The position numbers and the translations under genes were made by a program. Positions 61,336-64,000 of a stretch of DNA of 64,000 nucleotides are shown here, one piece after another. Each line of letters starts with the position of its first letter. Position 1 is the stretch's first letter. A model generated the notes under the pieces. The model was not told the DNA's origin, did no database searches, and saw only the letters and a list, made by a program, of their open reading frames with translations. This stretch comes from Tubulanus polymorphus (Eukaryota; Animalia; Nemertea): NCBI RefSeq assembly GCF_964204645.1, contig NC_134027.1, positions 18,066,560-18,130,559 of the forward strand, in the 5' to 3' direction.

Positions 61336-63142
61336 ACCAGCAGACTCAGCTGTTTGTGAAGAGGATGTTTCTCTTGAGGCTTCTGAGGCAGTATCAACAG
61401 ATCTGACCTGGAATGAAGAACATAGTACTTATTAGTCATTCTTATCAGCTTTGGATACCAAGTCTGAGTTGGCCAATTGGGTGCGACTAAAATGCCATGG
61501 CTAGACTCATCACAAATTTTAACTAAATATTTCCCAATTAAACTAAAAGGAGGGAAAGCATACCAAAACCAGAAGCAAACAAGTCAATCTCAGGAGCTCC
61601 AAAGGAGTTACTAATATTGATGAAACAAGTTGGATTTAACATCCACTCTTTGTTTAATAGAGATTGACGAGACAATAAGTCAGCCTCAAAATTAGTTTTG
61701 CCAGGAATAAAGGCTGCACTTAACCAACAGTTAAATTTCAGAGCGAAACACCAAATCTCTTCAGCTAAAGAATTAAGAAGTTCTGATTTAGATCCTCCCT
61801 GATGAGATATATAAGCAATAGCAACTGCATTGTCAGACTTAACAAGAACATGATTATTGGTTAAAATGTTAATAAAACTTTTGAGACCAAATAGAATAGG
61901 CTTCAATTCTAAATAATTAATGTGCTGAATTGCTTCGTCTGCATTCCAATGCCCACATGTTTGATGATAATTAACAACAACACCCCAACCAGTGTTAGAG
62001 GCATCACAAGTCATGGAAATAGAAGGCGCCGATCTGGATATAGGTGCAGAAGACCCGACAACATTATTAATCCACCAGGATAAATCATCTTTAGCCTTCT
62101 CAGATAAATGAGTGACCCTAGAGTAATCATCCGCAAACCGTTTCAAACCTTGAATTTTGCATCGATCTAAATCTCGATAATGTAATGGCCCCTCAGGGAC
62201 AGCAGGTAAAACAGAAACCAAAATTCCGACAACTTTGGCTATGTGATGTAATGAAGGTAATGAAGTATCTAATAATAATTTGCATTCATTCACAACCTTA
62301 TGAACTTTGTCCTGACCAAGAAAAACTTTCCAAGTAATGGAATTCATCCAAAATCCCAAGAATTTACTCTGAGTACTAGGTTTCTTTTCCGATTTAACCG
62401 AATGAATAACATAACCACAATTAACCAATTGTTTTTCTGTAAGGCCTACATTATCATCGCAACAAGGCTCGTCATCTCCTTGCAGATAAATATCATCAAC
62501 ATAATCTACAGAAATATACCCCAATTCTCGGAGAGGAGTAAAAACAGGTTTCAGAAGCTTGGTGAAAATTCTTGGAGCCGATGAAATTCCATTCGGAAGA
62601 CAGGTATACTGAAAAAGTTGACCCTTCCAAATAAATCGAAGATATTTCCGATCACTACAAGCGATATTGACAGAATAATAGGCATCTTTCAAATCTAGAG
62701 AGGCCATGAAACAACCAGGAGTCATAAGACTAAGAACTGATTTCAAAGAGTTCATTTTAAAATGATAATACTTGACATGCTTGTTTAAACAAGTCAAATT
62801 CAAAATAAGTCTGAATGATCCATCTTTTTTCGGAACGACGAAAATATTTGATAAAAATTGACCCCTATCAGGTGAAGCCAATTCAATAATTCCACGACTC
62901 AAAAAATCTGATAATAGTGAGTCAATAGCAGAAGTTTCAACTTCATTAAATCTAATAGAACGCGGTGGAAATATTTGATCAGGAGGCACCGAATTCCATT
63001 CAATGTTATAACCCAAAACCAAATTCAAAATTGATTTGTCAGAAGTTAAAGTCTCCCAGAAAGAGAAAAAATGTTTAATTCGGCCAGCAACAGAAGATAA
63101 TTGGGAACTTACTATTTCCTCTGATGTTGACCTCTTTTCCAA
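61323..63142 (-). pseudogene. DIRS Pol: RT + RNase H + frameshifted methyltransferase-like domain
   Basis: RT LDLKDAY, LPNG, YVDD; RNase H DASNTGWG, HINYLEL, SDN, ADLLSR; DLFAS then YAFPPF..APNWPTQTWYP in another frame. Confidence 0.93.
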
Positions 63143-64000
63143 AAATCCTGTTTTGGGAAATTAGAACAAGCAGGCCTTCTATATGGCTGGAATCTCCTGT
63201 TCCCATAACCTCTAGATCGATAGTTCCCACGACCTCGATCTACCATCTTCGTAACCATACGACTTGACCTTTCTATGTCTCGTAACTTGTCATCAAGTTG
63301 ATCCCCGAAAAGTTCTTTCCCAATCGGATTTGAGGGGAGCCAGATTGGCTTATAAACGTCGTTGAACCCACGCTTCAATAGTTCCCGACGTCTCAAATTC
63401 ATCTCATAATTGCTTTGCGCAAGAAGACTCAAAGAGTGATACAACGTCATACCTAACGTCTTTTTGTCCAAAGGGTCCGGACCCGATAAAAGATCCATAG
63501 CTTGTGTGACCGCAGTTATACCTCTAAGGTTATAATTCTGAATTTTTTGACATTTTAAATCAAAAGTAGCCGAATCTTTATTTAACTTCGACCAAATTGG
63601 CTGATTCACTTTAGTTACGGCCAAACTTGGAATATTCTCAGGACAAGCATACTGCCTAACGGATTTCTCTAATTTTTCAAATAAATCCTTTTTAATATCT
63701 GAATTTTCACCACTAAACCCCGTCATCAGTTTATCAACAGCTTGCGCTAACTGTTGATTTTTAATTGGGGGTCCGACATTTTTTAGACCCTCCATCTCTG
63801 ACCTAATACAGGTCATAAAATCATTGTCCTCATGTAACTGGACGTTATTATTATTACGGTCTAAATCCTGGTTAAAAATAGCCGCAAATTGGTCAGACGC
63901 ATTAAGCTCATCACCAAAATCACATTGATCCTGCTGACCAAGATCGAACCGATCATTATCACTTTGCAAATATTGAGACTCTAAAGCCTCAAGTCTTTTC
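63112..64000 (-). CDS. DIRS Gag-like ORF (N-terminus may extend beyond window)
   Basis: PENIPSL..VNQPIW..D...QKIQ..NLRRRE..LFGD pattern; overlaps the pol start. Confidence 0.8.
   Translation of the reverse strand, partial: KRLEALESQYLQSDNDRFDLGQQDQCDFGDELNASDQFAAIFNQDLDRNNNNVQLHEDNDFMTCIRSEMEGLKNVGPPIKNQQLAQAVDKLMTGFSGENSDIKKDLFEKLEKSVRQYACPENIPSLAVTKVNQPIWSKLNKDSATFDLKCQKIQNYNLRGITAVTQAMDLLSGPDPLDKKTLGMTLYHSLSLLAQSNYEMNLRRRELLKRGFNDVYKPIWLPSNPIGKELFGDQLDDKLRDIERSSRMVTKMVDRGRGNYRSRGYGNRRFQPYRRPACSNFPKQDFWKRGQHQRK

Larger units (their letters stand above)
59955..64000 (-). mobile_element. DIRS1-like tyrosine-recombinase retrotransposon (5' end outside window)
   Basis: Overlapping gag, RT/RNase H/MT and YR ORFs; 3' inverted repeat/ICR structure. 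Confidence 0.95.

Overview
AT-rich animal (probably invertebrate) genomic DNA made almost entirely of nested mobile elements; I cannot support any host gene. The centrepiece is a complete but mutationally inactivated 19.1-kb Polinton/Maverick-like endogenous virus (6772-25852; 6-bp TSD TACTTT; ~590-bp TIRs). It encodes a PolB, a chromodomain rve integrase, an A32 packaging ATPase, major and minor capsid proteins, an HNH nuclease and about seven small membrane proteins, but no recognisable adenain protease. Two degraded relatives lie at ~449-2270 and ~43980-56535. The element has three unusual features. (1) The outer ~400 bp of each TIR is itself a foldback hairpin whose stem mismatches are G-T wobbles on one strand only. 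(2) Almost every gene starts at TAAATG, and the structural genes have the T-run/6-7-nt spacer/TAAATG layout of poxvirus late promoters, suggesting dependence on a pox-like helper virus. (3) An internal 9-unit palindrome array is present. The window also holds an ISL2EU transposon (THAP-DDE + YqaJ) split by a CR1-group LINE, several Helentron-associated (DINE-1-like) elements, an L2 fragment, a satellite-bearing unknown insertion and the 3' part of a DIRS1-like retrotransposon. All calls come from reading motifs by eye; no database searches were run.
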